A stretch of DNA of 64,000 nt, taken from an uncultured Chloroflexia bacterium (lineage in GTDB: Bacteria; Chloroflexota; Chloroflexia; Thermomicrobiales; UBA6265). Of this stretch, positions 9,919 through 19,535 are shown in pieces. The stretch is taken from NCBI GenBank assembly GCA_963724295.1, contig CAVRUC010000013.1, positions 448,001 through 512,000 of the forward strand, read 5' to 3'. The notes beneath the pieces were generated by a model. It worked only from the letters and a program-made list of their open reading frames with translations, was not told the DNA's origin and ran no database searches. The position numbers and the translations under genes are program-made. Position 1 is the first letter of the stretch. Each line of letters opens with the position of its first letter.

Positions 9919-10650
9919 ATGAACGACGTACGGCGCCGGACGCCACCCGAGGGAGGACGTGGGCTCTTGCTGATCGCGGCCAGGGAGCCGGCGCCCGGGA
10001 TGGCAAAGACACGCCTCGGTGCGACCATCGGCATAGCGCCCGCCGCCGCCCTCTACGCCGCGTTCCTCGTCGATCTCGCCGCTCGTTTCACTCCCTGCCA
10101 GGACCAGGAATGGGAGTTCGACGTCGGCTGGGCCTTTACCCCGGCGAACGTCGATTTCGCCAATGTCCTGCAACGGATCGGCTGTGATCCACCACCGTCC
10201 GCGGTCCGCTTCGTGGCGCAGCACGGCGAGGGCTGGGATGTGCGGCAGGCCAACATCCTCACCTGGGCCCATGAGCAGGGCTACCAGCGGACGGTGCTCA
10301 TCGGCTCCGATTCGCCGCAGCTTCCGTTCGCCGTCGTGCGCGATGCCGTCGCCGCCCTGGCGGACCACGACGTGGCGATGGGGCGTACGCTCGACGGCGG
10401 CTACTACCTGATCGGAATGCGTGGGTTCCATGACGTCCTGACCGGCGTGCCGATGAGCACGGTCTCCGCCGCGGACGCCCTTGCCGCGCGAGCCAGGGAT
10501 CTCGGGCTGCGGCTGGCCGAGCTGCCCGTCACCTTCGATATCGACGAAGAGCGTGACCTGGAGCATCTGCGGCGCGCATTGGCTCCTAACGGTGATTCCG
10601 CACCCGCGACCTGGGCGGCGCTGCGGCGATTGGGACTAGATGAAGGCTGA
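9919..10650 (+). CDS. DUF2064 / TIGR04282-type (CofC-like) nucleotidyl- or glycosyltransferase
   Basis: AREPAPGMAKTRL, LIGSDSPQL, G.TLDGGYYLIG and FDIDEERDL. Confidence 0.85.
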   Translation: MNDVRRRTPPEGGRGLLLIAAREPAPGMAKTRLGATIGIAPAAALYAAFLVDLAARFTPCQDQEWEFDVGWAFTPANVDFANVLQRIGCDPPPSAVRFVAQHGEGWDVRQANILTWAHEQGYQRTVLIGSDSPQLPFAVVRDAVAALADHDVAMGRTLDGGYYLIGMRGFHDVLTGVPMSTVSAADALAARARDLGLRLAELPVTFDIDEERDLEHLRRALAPNGDSAPATWAALRRLGLDEG

Positions 10651-10974
10651 TCTGGCGGCCCGCTCCCGCTCCGCTGCCATTTCAGCGCGTACTTCGGCGA
10701 AGGCCTTCTCCGTCTCATGCTCGATCTCCTCGGCAGGAACCCCTCGAAACGGCTCGCGCATGGATTCGAGCACTTGTCGGCGCTCGGCCCGTTCCTTGTC
10801 TAATCGGGCCAGCCGCTCGAGATCTTCGATGGACACCAGGGCAGCGACCGGGATGCCGGCCTTTTCGATGAGAACCCGCGTCTCTTTACGATAGACCTCG
10901 TTGACGAGACTGGAGAGCCTGGCCTTGACGTCAGAAATCTTCAGAGTTTGCCTTGCCGGTTCTTGCCCGTTCAT
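10636..10974 (-). CDS. Phd/YefM-family antitoxin (no adjacent toxin)
   Basis: LKISDVKARLSSLVNEV...RVLIEKAGIPVAALVSIEDLE pattern. Confidence 0.85.
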   Translation of the reverse strand: MNGQEPARQTLKISDVKARLSSLVNEVYRKETRVLIEKAGIPVAALVSIEDLERLARLDKERAERRQVLESMREPFRGVPAEEIEHETEKAFAEVRAEMAAERERAARSAFI

Positions 10975-11007
10975 CCGAACTCCTCGAGATTGTTTCAGCT
11001 CGACTTA

Positions 11008-11037
11008 TTTTGGTCAATTTTAGTCAATTGTAGTTGA
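11008..11037. promoter_or_regulatory. AT-rich 10-bp direct-repeat operator upstream of the antitoxin
   Basis: TTTTGGTCAA-TTTTAGTCAA-TTGTAGTTGA in tandem in an otherwise high-GC background. Confidence 0.55.
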
Positions 11038-11135
11038 CCACTGACCCTCGTCCCCGGGGCCTGCTCTTTGAGCCACAGGCATACCTGTTGGACAATGCGA
11101 CCCGAAGTGGTCGAGTTGGAAAGACAGGAGTCAGC

Positions 11136-12017
11136 GTGCGTATCGGCGTGACCTTTCCCCAGATCGAGTTCGGCAACGATCCGGTCGCGATTCGCGACTA
11201 CGCGCAGACGATCGAGGGGCTGGGGTACACCCATTTCCTCGCCTACGACCACGTGCTCGGGGCGGACGCCTCCGTGCGGCCTGGTTGGAGCGGGTCGTAT
11301 GCATCCCAGAATCCTTTCCACGAGGTCTTCGTCCTGCTCGGCTATCTGGCGGGACTGACCACCTCTCTCGAGCTGGTGACCGGAGTGGTGATCCTGCCGC
11401 AACGGCAGACGGCCCTCGTCGCCAAGCAGGCGGCCGAGGTCGACGTCCTCAGCGGCGGCCGGTTGCGGCTCGGCGTCGGCGTCGGCTGGAACGAGGTCGA
11501 GTACCAGGGACTGGACAAGGACTTCAGCAACCGCGGCGCCCGCAGCGAAGAGCAGATCGCGCTCCTGCGCGCCCTCTGGACCTCACCGGTGATCACCTTC
11601 GAGGGGCAATGGGAGCGGATCGACGCCGCCGGCATCAACCCGCTCCCGGTGCAGCAACCGATTCCTGTCTGGATCGGCGGCTACGCCGAGGCGACCCTGC
11701 GCCGGGTAGGGCAACTAGGAGACGGCTGGTTCCCGTGGCGGGAGCCGAACGAGACGATGCGCGCGGCCATCGAGCGCATCCATCAGTACGCCAGCGAAGC
11801 CGGCCGCGATCCCAGCGCCATTGGCCTGGAGCCGCAGCTCAACGTCGGGCGAGGAACCCCTGAGGAATGGCGCGCCTTTGTCGCGGGATGGCGCGATCTG
11901 GGCGCCACCCACCTCTGCCTGAGCACCATGGGCAACGGCTTCACCACTCCCCAGGAGCACCTTTCCGCCCTGACGCGGGCGGGGCGGGAGCTTGGGGTCA
12001 GTGCGGTCCGCGGATGA
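11136..12017 (+). CDS. LLM class (probably F420-dependent) oxidoreductase
   Basis: RIGVTFP, YDHV, VAKQAAEVDVLSGGRLRLGVGVGWNEVEY, PVWIGG and GDGW; AGGAG RBS before the GTG at 11136. Confidence 0.9.
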   Translation: MRIGVTFPQIEFGNDPVAIRDYAQTIEGLGYTHFLAYDHVLGADASVRPGWSGSYASQNPFHEVFVLLGYLAGLTTSLELVTGVVILPQRQTALVAKQAAEVDVLSGGRLRLGVGVGWNEVEYQGLDKDFSNRGARSEEQIALLRALWTSPVITFEGQWERIDAAGINPLPVQQPIPVWIGGYAEATLRRVGQLGDGWFPWREPNETMRAAIERIHQYASEAGRDPSAIGLEPQLNVGRGTPEEWRAFVAGWRDLGATHLCLSTMGNGFTTPQEHLSALTRAGRELGVSAVRG

Positions 12018-12035
12018 CACAGGAGCGATGTGAGC

Positions 12036-12818
12036 ATGTCCGACCTCGTCTGGGGATCGAGCGAGGAAGCCCGCCTGGCCGCCATCCGCGACGACCTCGC
12101 CAACGTGAGCACCGCCACCGCCTGCCACCTGCTCATCGCTCTCGGCTGGCGCAACCCCTACATGCGCGGACTCTTGCCCTTGCGGGAGCTGGGTCTTGGT
12201 ACTCGCCTGGTGGGCCGTGCCCGCACCGGCCGCTATTTGATGCGCCGGGGGCCGGAGGGTCCGCTTGACCCCGCCGCCCGCCGGGTCTCCCCGGAGATCG
12301 TCCTGATCGAATCACTCGAGCCCGGCGACGTCGTCTGCATCGACGCGCTTGGGGTGCCGACCGCCGGCATCATCGGCGATATCCTCGCCGCTCGTATCCT
12401 GGGCCGTGGCGCGGCAGCGGCCATCATCCACGGTGCGGTTCGTGACGCGCCGTTCATTAAAGAGGTCGGGTTGCCGGTCTTCGCGGCCACGGTCCACCCC
12501 TCGCACAGCGGCCGTGACCTCGTCCCCGTCGATTGCGACCGGCCGATCAACATGGCCGGGTCCCAGGTGCTGCCGGGGGACGTCATTCTGGCCGACGACG
12601 AGGGCGCCCTGGCGATGCCGCTCGATCTGGCGGAGTACATCGCCGCGCACGGACCTGAGAAAGAAGCGTTGGAGATCTGGATCCGCGGCAAGGTTGCCGC
12701 CGGCGGATCGATTCACGATTACTACCCGCCCAGTCCCGAGAAGGCGGCGGAGTACATGGCGGAGACCGGACGCCAGGCGCCAGCAATCAACCCGCAGAAA
12801 GACGAGGCCTCACGTTGA
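12036..12818 (+). CDS. RraA / HMG-aldolase family protein
   Basis: VSTATA, G.ART, GIIGDIL, GAVRD and PGDVILADDEG. Confidence 0.85.
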   Translation: MSDLVWGSSEEARLAAIRDDLANVSTATACHLLIALGWRNPYMRGLLPLRELGLGTRLVGRARTGRYLMRRGPEGPLDPAARRVSPEIVLIESLEPGDVVCIDALGVPTAGIIGDILAARILGRGAAAAIIHGAVRDAPFIKEVGLPVFAATVHPSHSGRDLVPVDCDRPINMAGSQVLPGDVILADDEGALAMPLDLAEYIAAHGPEKEALEIWIRGKVAAGGSIHDYYPPSPEKAAEYMAETGRQAPAINPQKDEASR

Positions 12819-12835
12819 AGATCACCGGCGACCCA

Positions 12836-13201
12836 TCAGAAGACCAGGACGTTGCTCGCTTCGGCGCAGCGGCGGGCGAGGTCGGGTGGCGTGGTGAAGG
12901 AAGCGTTCTTTCCCTCGAGATCGGCTTGCGAGACCCCACGGGCCTGCGCGCAGCCCCCTCAGACGAAGATAGCGATGCCTTTCTCCCCGATCTTCGTCAT
13001 TAGCTCCCGCAACGGCGGTAGGCCCAGCGGCGTCAACGTCTCGACGTACTGATCCTGGATCAACACGGCCGCATCGCCGGCCAGGTTGATCTCGGCCTCG
13101 ATGCCGGCCTCGGCGGCCCCATTGACGGCGAGGTGGAACGGCATGCAGGCCTTGGTCGGATCATCGGGTCCGTGCGTGGCGAGGTACATCAGCTTGGCCA
13201 T
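12836..13201 (-). CDS. DsrE/DsrF-like family selenoprotein (in-frame TGA at 12959-12961 read as Sec; UxxC motif), 121 aa
   Basis: RBS GGGGGAG before the ATG at 13201. MAKLMYLATHGPDDPTKACMPF...GIAIFV-U-GGCAQARGVSQADLEGKNASFTTPPDLARRCAEASNVLVF* completes the DsrE fold only with readthrough. Confidence 0.85.
12923..12955 (-). promoter_or_regulatory. Putative bacterial SECIS hairpin directly 3' of the UGA
   Basis: GGC-UGCG-cgc-AGGCCC-[GUG]-GGGUCU-CGCA-a-GCC; the apical loop starts with G, 19 nt after the UGA. Confidence 0.65.
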
Positions 13202-13550
13202 CGTGACTCCCCCTAACGACGAAGACATGCCGGGTTGAAAGCCGGTGCGGACCATCTCCATCCGGTCCACCCGACGAATGTCAGTCTCGCACACACCAAC
13301 CAACGCGATGTCGGTTAAGAGATTCGAAAATCAGGATAGAGGCATATCGTAGCGGAACCATTCCGGCTGCCACCGCGTTGCAGACAATGAACGAAGGCGT
13401 TCCTCGGTCGAATTGGGCGCCGCCTCGCCCACCGGCCTGCACCTCGGGAATCCTCGCATTTTCCTCTGCTGAACCTCTTCCGGTGGCGAGTGCGGCGCCA
13501 CCGGCAGCGTCCCGCGGACTACTGCCAACCTGTCTGTTACCATCGACTCA

Positions 13551-14357
13551 GTGGACCGGCAGTGTGGTCCGTTCGCTCGTGGAGCGTGGGATAAAGCACG
13601 ACGTGAGCGAACGCGACGCCGAACTCGCCGCTTCCAGACCCTCATCCAAACAGTCCTCTTGCTGGACGGCAATGTCGGCGGCCGCACCGTCAGCTTTACC
13701 GGTAATCCCGTGAGTAGCGTGCTGGCCATCATCGCCGTGCCGCTCTTCGTCATCTATTGCCTGATTGACGGGCCGAAGATCAGACGGCAAGTTCGTGGTC
13801 AGTCGCCACGGGCCGGGGCAGGCGACGCGCTCGCGTTGGTCCACATCTTCAGCCGGGTGATCGGATCGTACACGCGTGGCGTGATCGTCGAGTCGATCAT
13901 CGTCGGCGTGATCTCGGCCCTCGGCTACTACGTGATCGGCATCCAGGTCTGGCTGCCGCTGGCAGTAATCGCGCTGATCGGCGAGATCGTACCCATCATC
14001 GGGCCGTGGATCGCCTTCGTCATCTCTCTGCTGGTGATTCTGGCCACGCAGCCGGACAAGGCGCTCCTGGCCCTGGGGCTGTTCGTCATCATCCAGATCC
14101 TGGAGGTATTGGTCCTGACCCCGCGCATCCAGGGGGCCTCGGTCAACCTCACTCCGTTGGTAACGCTGGTCGCGCTGGCCATTGGTGGCGCCATCGGCGG
14201 TCCGCTGGGGGTGATCCTGGTACTGCCCGCGGTGGCGCTGACGCGCAACATCGCCTCCTACACCTCCTATCGGGCGGGAGGGTCCTCCCCCGCGCAGGCC
14301 ATGGCACGGCTGCCCTCACGCGGACGCCACCACGAGGGTGACAGGGCGTTAGAGTGA
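13551..14357 (+). pseudogene. 5'-truncated AI-2E (PerM) family transporter
   Basis: Only the C-terminal half is recognisable (G..VPIIGPWI, QILE..VLTPRIQG.SVNL.PL, GG.IGGPLG.ILVLP). No credible start or N-terminal helices. Confidence 0.7.
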
Positions 14358-14382
14358 TGAGGAGTCAAGCGGCGGGTCGCAG

Positions 14383-16479
14383 GTGAACCAAACGTCTCGA
14401 CCTCTCGACCCCTCGACTCACACCCGACTCACACTCCACTTCCGGCTCCCGGCCTTCGTCAGCGTGATCGTTGTGCAAGCCGCGCTGCTGGCACTGTTGG
14501 CGCTGATCGTCCCGGGCTTCCGCTTCACTGAACCAGTCGCCGTGATCCCAACGGCGATCGTGATCACTCTCGCCCAGTCAGTGATCTGGCCGGTCCTCTA
14601 CGGGATCGCCGTCCGCTTCGGCCCGTGGCTCTTCCCGTTCGTCAGCTTCATCCTGACAGGGGCCATGATCACCTTCGCGGGCTGGTTGGACGACCAGCTC
14701 GGCGTCGGTGGCGTCGAGGTGGCCGATCTCTGGACCGGGATCCTGGTGGCGATGGGACTGACCGCCGGTCAGACCTTGCTGGCCGCGCTTTTCGCCATCG
14801 ACGACGAGCAGGCCTACGACCGCTTCGTGACCGCACCGCTGCGGCGTCTCCATCGCGACGTGCCGCGCTCATCAGAGCCGGGTTTCATGTTCCTGGAGAT
14901 CGACGGACTCGCGGAGCCCGTGCTGCGGGACGCTATCGCTCGCGGCTACATGCCGACGCTGCAGCGCTGGCTCTCGTCGGGGAGCCACAAGCTGATCCGC
15001 TGGGATCCCGATCTCTCCTCTCAGACCTCGGCCAGCCAGGCGGGCATCCTGCTCGGTTCCAACGAGGGCATCCCCGCCTTCCGCTGGTGGGACAAACCCC
15101 GGCAGGAGCTGCTCGTCTCCTCGAAGATGGAGACTGCCCACACCCTGGAAGAGTCCCTGTCGACCGGGAACGGACTCCTGGCGCCGGGTGGCGCCGGGCG
15201 CTGGAATGCCTTCTCCGGTAATGCGGCCGAGAACATCGGGGTCTACAGCGTCTTTGGCGATGCCGCCAAGGGATCCCGCAACACCCTCCTCGGCTATCTC
15301 CTCACCCCCTATATGCTCTCCCGCATCCTGACCCTCTATCTCGTCGAGGTGGTGCGCGAGTGGTGGCAGGCGTGGCAACAACGGCGCAAGAACGTCCTGC
15401 CCCGGGTGCATCGCGGGTTGAAGTACTCCTTCATTCGTGCCGGCACGACGATCGCCATGCAGGAGGCGAGCCGCCACATCCTGACCGCCGACCTGCTGCG
15501 CGGGGTGCCGGCGGTCTACAACACCTTCTTCGGCTATGACGAAGTGGCCCATCACTCCGGGATCGACCGCGAGGACTCGCTGAAGATTCTGGCCACGCTC
15601 GACAGGATCTTCGCCCATCTGGAGCGCGTCGCCCGCGAAGCGCCGCGTCCCTACCACCTCTTCGTCCTCTCCGATCACGGGCAAAGCCAGGGCGCGACCT
15701 TCTTGCAGAAATACGGTCTCTCGCTGGCCGACCTCACCCACCAGCTCATGGCCACGGACGGCGCCAGGAACGTCAACATGACGGCGATGCTGCAGACCGA
15801 CGAGGCGATCGGCCACGTCAACGTTGCCTTGAGTGAAGCCACCCGCGGCGAGACGCGCACCGCGAGCGTCCTGCGCCGCATCTTGAGGCCCCGCATGGCT
15901 GACGGGGAGGTCGCCCTGGGGCGGTCCACCGAGAGCGTACCCATGAGCGACGACCCCAATGCCACCGACGTGGTTGTCCTGGCGTCCGGCAACCTGGGGA
16001 TCATCTCCTTCCCGCAATGGAAGGAGCGGATGAGCCTCGAGCAGCTCGACGCCGCGTTTCCGCGCCTCATCCCTGGGCTCATGGCCCACCCCGGCATCAG
16101 TCTGGTGCTTATCCACTCCGAGGAGCGGGGACCGCTGGCCATCGGCAAGCACGGGGCGCACTTCCTGCGCGACGGGACGATCGACGGTGAGGACCCGCTG
16201 ACCCCATTCGGTCCTCACGCGGCGCGACATCTCCGCCGCGAGGCGGAGTTCGCCAACGTCCCGGACATCCTGGTGATCAGCAGCGTCGATCCCATCACCG
16301 GCGAGGTACCCGCCTTCGAAGAGCTGGTCGGCAACCACGGCGGGCTTGGCGGCTCACAGCGCGAGCCATTTCTCCTCTATCCGGCCGTCTTCGACCCCGG
16401 CGCGGAGGAGATCGTCGGCGCCGGCCACCTGCACGACGTCCTGAAAGGTTGGATCGCGCAGGAGCAGGGACCCGACTAG
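14383..16479 (+). CDS. Membrane protein: N-terminal 4-TM (holin-like) domain fused to an alkaline-phosphatase / nucleotide pyrophosphatase-family domain
   Basis: FLEIDGL, SQTSASQAGIL, GYDEVAHHSG, LSDHGQSQG and HGGLGG metal-site motifs after four TM helices. Confidence 0.82.
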   Translation: MNQTSRPLDPSTHTRLTLHFRLPAFVSVIVVQAALLALLALIVPGFRFTEPVAVIPTAIVITLAQSVIWPVLYGIAVRFGPWLFPFVSFILTGAMITFAGWLDDQLGVGGVEVADLWTGILVAMGLTAGQTLLAALFAIDDEQAYDRFVTAPLRRLHRDVPRSSEPGFMFLEIDGLAEPVLRDAIARGYMPTLQRWLSSGSHKLIRWDPDLSSQTSASQAGILLGSNEGIPAFRWWDKPRQELLVSSKMETAHTLEESLSTGNGLLAPGGAGRWNAFSGNAAENIGVYSVFGDAAKGSRNTLLGYLLTPYMLSRILTLYLVEVVREWWQAWQQRRKNVLPRVHRGLKYSFIRAGTTIAMQEASRHILTADLLRGVPAVYNTFFGYDEVAHHSGIDREDSLKILATLDRIFAHLERVAREAPRPYHLFVLSDHGQSQGATFLQKYGLSLADLTHQLMATDGARNVNMTAMLQTDEAIGHVNVALSEATRGETRTASVLRRILRPRMADGEVALGRSTESVPMSDDPNATDVVVLASGNLGIISFPQWKERMSLEQLDAAFPRLIPGLMAHPGISLVLIHSEERGPLAIGKHGAHFLRDGTIDGEDPLTPFGPHAARHLRREAEFANVPDILVISSVDPITGEVPAFEELVGNHGGLGGSQREPFLLYPAVFDPGAEEIVGAGHLHDVLKGWIAQEQGPD

Positions 16480-16494
16480 AGCCTCCGCGCCATG

Positions 16495-16607
16495 TGTCAT
16501 TCCGAGTAGTCATGCCCCGGTGGGGCGCCACCACGGCATGAAAAACGGTTCCGCGTACGTTCGCGGATTCCGAGGAGTTTTTCATAGCAGCCGCAGCGAG
16601 GAATCTC
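16495..16607. repeat. TGTCATTCCGAG..GAGGAATCTC REP-like element interrupted by an 84-bp palindromic insert
   Basis: Compared with the uninterrupted copy at 55965. The insert (16507-16590) has the internal IR ATGAAAAAC / GTTTTTCAT. Confidence 0.65.
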
Positions 16608-16720
16608 GTCGCTCCACGGCCGCTAATAGACGGTCAGACGAGCACCCTCGTGTGACTCCACAGTGCAGTGCCTCGGGATGACACGCTTGGCGCATGCCCC
16701 AGTTCAGTCCCTGGCTCTTC

Positions 16721-16989
16721 TTGCAGCTTGAAGAAGACGACCGGATCGATACTGGGTCGACCTCGGTCGGCGTAGTGATCATCGACCCACCCTCGGACGA
16801 ACCCCAGGTCGAGCTTGGACTCGAGGTGGCGGTAGACGTGGCCCTGGGGAACGAGGGCTTCCAGCGAGACGGCAATAGGTTCGTCAAGGCGGCGGGATTT
16901 GGCGGGGCCGAGCATGGGACGCTCCGGATGAGGGTGGACGTCGGACGGGGCGCAGTCTTCCGCTCGCAGCACCACCTTTTTCAGCAAGC
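16721..16989 (-). mobile_element. IS1182-family remnant: left end plus the first ~65 codons of the transposase
   Basis: MLGPAKSRRLDEPIAVSLEALVPQGHVYRHLESKLDLGFVR...YADRGRPSIDPVVFFKLQ (ATG at 16915, DUF772-type N-terminus); end sequence GCTTGCTGAAAAA at 16989-16977. Confidence 0.8.
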
Positions 16990-17116
16990 AGGTCCATTCC
17001 CGGCCCCACCACACGGCTGGACAGATTGCTCGAGAGGTATCAGGCACACTATGCGGAACTTCCTCCGCGTAGCCGCGTGGGCTGCCGCCGCTGCCCACGT
17101 CGAAGGAGCCCATCCT

Positions 17117-17911
17117 ATGGCCCAGACATCTGGCCGCGTCGCCGTCAACGGGGTTGCGCTCTACTACGAGATTCACGGTCAAGGGTCGCCGCTGGTGATG
17201 CTGCACGGAGGTGTCAATCCCTCTGACTTCTTCGGTGCGCCGCTTACCGCCATGGCCGAAACTCATCAGGTGATTGCGATCCACCTGCGCGGCCACGGCT
17301 TCAGCACCGACACGGACGCCCCCTGGACGTATGAACAGATGGCTGACGATGTCGCGGCGTTGCTCGACCATCTTGGCCTGGCGACGGTTGACGTCATGGG
17401 CTGGTCACTGGGCGGTGGGGTCGCCCTGCAGCTGGCGATCCGCCATCCCAACCGTGTCGGCAGGCTGATCGTCATCTCCATGAGCATTCGGCACGACGGC
17501 AACTTTCCCGAGGTCCAGGCCGAGTTCGATGCCATGCCGGGTAAGGCGCCTGCGTACGCGCAGCTGTTCCAGGAGTCACCGCTGGCTGCGCTGTACCCGG
17601 ATATTGACTGGGAGGTGATGATGCGCAAGACCGGGGAGATGCACCGGGCGCCCTACGACTGGTCCGCGGAGGTCGCCCACATCACCGCGCCGACGCTGCT
17701 CATCTTCGCCGACGCCGACATGCTGTTCCTCGAGCACATGGTCGAGTGCTATCGGCTCCTCGGCGGAGGGACACGGGATGCCGGTCTCGATGGGTCACTG
17801 CGTCCGACGCCTAACCAGCTAGCGATCGTTCCCGGCACCACGCACTACAACTTGATGCTGACGGCGACCAGGAGCGCCTCGGACTACGCCAAGGCGTTCC
17901 TGGCGCCATAA
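17117..17911 (+). CDS. Alpha/beta fold hydrolase
   Basis: LYYEIHGQGSPLVMLHGG, GWSLGG nucleophile elbow and GTTHY; RBS AAGGAG. Confidence 0.9.
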   Translation: MAQTSGRVAVNGVALYYEIHGQGSPLVMLHGGVNPSDFFGAPLTAMAETHQVIAIHLRGHGFSTDTDAPWTYEQMADDVAALLDHLGLATVDVMGWSLGGGVALQLAIRHPNRVGRLIVISMSIRHDGNFPEVQAEFDAMPGKAPAYAQLFQESPLAALYPDIDWEVMMRKTGEMHRAPYDWSAEVAHITAPTLLIFADADMLFLEHMVECYRLLGGGTRDAGLDGSLRPTPNQLAIVPGTTHYNLMLTATRSASDYAKAFLAP

Positions 17912-18178
17912 CCCCACGATCACGGCGTGAGTCCGCGTTATGGTCCGGTACGGCGCCAGCAATCCGGGTGATTCCGATAACGCACCGTACGTATTGAAAA
18001 GTCCGGTGCGTCCGGGTTCGGGGACTTCCAGCGTCTGGAGCAGCCCACTGTCGTACCGAGATCTTGCGCACCTGTCGATATTGCGACTCGCTCCAGCCCT
18101 TGAAACACACTTGGAGACCTCGTTGTCGCCCTGTCGATGCTGCTCCTCCCTGATCGACAAGTACGTGAAGGAGGAATC

Positions 18179-18592
18179 GTGAAGCTTGACCGAGCAACGG
18201 TGTGCCTACCCATCAAGGATCGCCTGGTATCGCACGCCTTCTACACCGCCCTCCGGTTCGCGGCAGTGGGCGAGCTGGGGGACGATGGGCTACCCGAGCC
18301 CCTGCAGTTCGAGATCAGCGCCGGATTGCGCGTGATGCTCATTCCGTCGCGCGGCTTCGGCTGGGTGATCGGTGATCGCAGACGATCGCCCCGTGGTTCG
18401 CATGAGTGTCTGGTCGTGATCGGGCTGGCCACCGATGCCGAGGTCGACGACCTGATGCGTCGCGCGCGGGATGCTGGCGCCGAGATCGTCTTCGAAGCTG
18501 GAAACCAGAAATGGGGATACGCCGGCGCCTTCGCCGACCCCGACGGCCATATGTGGCAGGTCAGCCGCGCTGATGGCGTCCTAACTCGATAG
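18179..18592 (+). CDS. VOC / glyoxalase family protein
   Basis: VCLPIKD...FY and WGYAGAFADPDGHMWQV; RBS AAGGAGG. Confidence 0.85.
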   Translation: MKLDRATVCLPIKDRLVSHAFYTALRFAAVGELGDDGLPEPLQFEISAGLRVMLIPSRGFGWVIGDRRRSPRGSHECLVVIGLATDAEVDDLMRRARDAGAEIVFEAGNQKWGYAGAFADPDGHMWQVSRADGVLTR

Positions 18593-18679
18593 GGAACCCC
18601 AAACCGGCACGCGCTACGATTTGTGGCACCGACCGTATCATGACCGACGAAATCAACCAACGGGAAAGGAACCGCGCTC

Positions 18680-19294
18680 ATGAAGCTGACGACCATCACG
18701 CACGTCACCGTCGATGGCGTGATGCAGGGCCTTGGCGGTTCGGACGAGGACCGCAGGGGCGGATTCGAGCGCGGCGGATGGGCTCTCCCGCTCTTCGATG
18801 ACGAGGCCGCGACGTTTCTCGACCAGGTCTTCCGGCGCGCCGACGCGTTCTTGTTCGGCCGCCGGACCTACGAGATCTTTGCCGGCTCCTGGGGAACCGG
18901 CTCCTGGGGGACAAATCAGGGCAACAACCCGATCTCCGTGGCGTTGAACACGCGGCCCAAGTACGTGGCATCGACCACGCTCACCGACCCGCAATGGCCG
19001 GACACTTCCGTTCTCTCAGGTGACGTCGCGGCGGCCATCGGCAAGCTGAAAGCCCAGCCGGCAGGTGAGCTGCAGGTGCATGGCAGCGGCGCCCTGGTCC
19101 GCTGGCTGCTCGACCACCACCTGGTCGACGAGATCATCCTGCTCACCTATCCCGTGGTCGTCGGCCAGGGCATGCGGCTGTTCCCCGACACCGGCCCGGA
19201 CACCGCGCTCGAGCTGCTCGAATCGCGGACTACCCCCGGCGGGGTGATCATCCAGGTCTACCGGACGACCGGGCGCCCGCAGTACGCAACGTGA
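18680..19294 (+). CDS. Dihydrofolate reductase family (RibD C-terminal domain) protein
   Basis: VTVDGVMQG, LFGRRTYEIF, KYVAS, VHGSGAL and YPVVVGQG.RLF. Confidence 0.9.
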   Translation: MKLTTITHVTVDGVMQGLGGSDEDRRGGFERGGWALPLFDDEAATFLDQVFRRADAFLFGRRTYEIFAGSWGTGSWGTNQGNNPISVALNTRPKYVASTTLTDPQWPDTSVLSGDVAAAIGKLKAQPAGELQVHGSGALVRWLLDHHLVDEIILLTYPVVVGQGMRLFPDTGPDTALELLESRTTPGGVIIQVYRTTGRPQYAT

Positions 19295-19535
19295 CGGCTG
19301 ACATGAAGCATGTGATACAGAATCAACATCGGAGGGGCAGTACGACCGCAGCGACCAATGGACGCTGTCCCGTGGGGACGCCAGCGGCGCCGCCGTCTCG
19401 ACGCAATGACCGATACCATTCCGGGCGCGACGGCCTCAGGTGTCCCGTCCGGTTCGGGTGGGGCGCCGGAGCGGGGCCAAGTTCAACATCGAGGACAAGC
19501 GGATCTTCGGCGCTGCGCACGATCCGGGAGGAGAC

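Noticed and set aside
12959..13303. 114-aa ORF as listed, or a nonsense pseudogene
   Set aside because: The better start is the ATG at 13201 with an RBS. The TGA falls on the catalytic Cys column with an intact downstream frame and a SECIS-like hairpin, which favours recoding
14872..16338. Long antisense ORFs (also 4731-5915, 37503-38873, 38614-39798, 46203-47648, 48704-50041, 62572-63744)
   Set aside because: Shadow frames opposite well-supported genes, expected in high-GC DNA, with no recognisable motifs
14383..16479. Prophage lysis gene
   Set aside because: The holin-like domain is fused to a phosphatase-family domain, and no phage genes are nearby
16694..17116. N-terminal extension of the alpha/beta hydrolase (405-aa ORF)
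   Set aside because: This stretch is the antisense of the IS relic; a good RBS precedes the ATG at 17117
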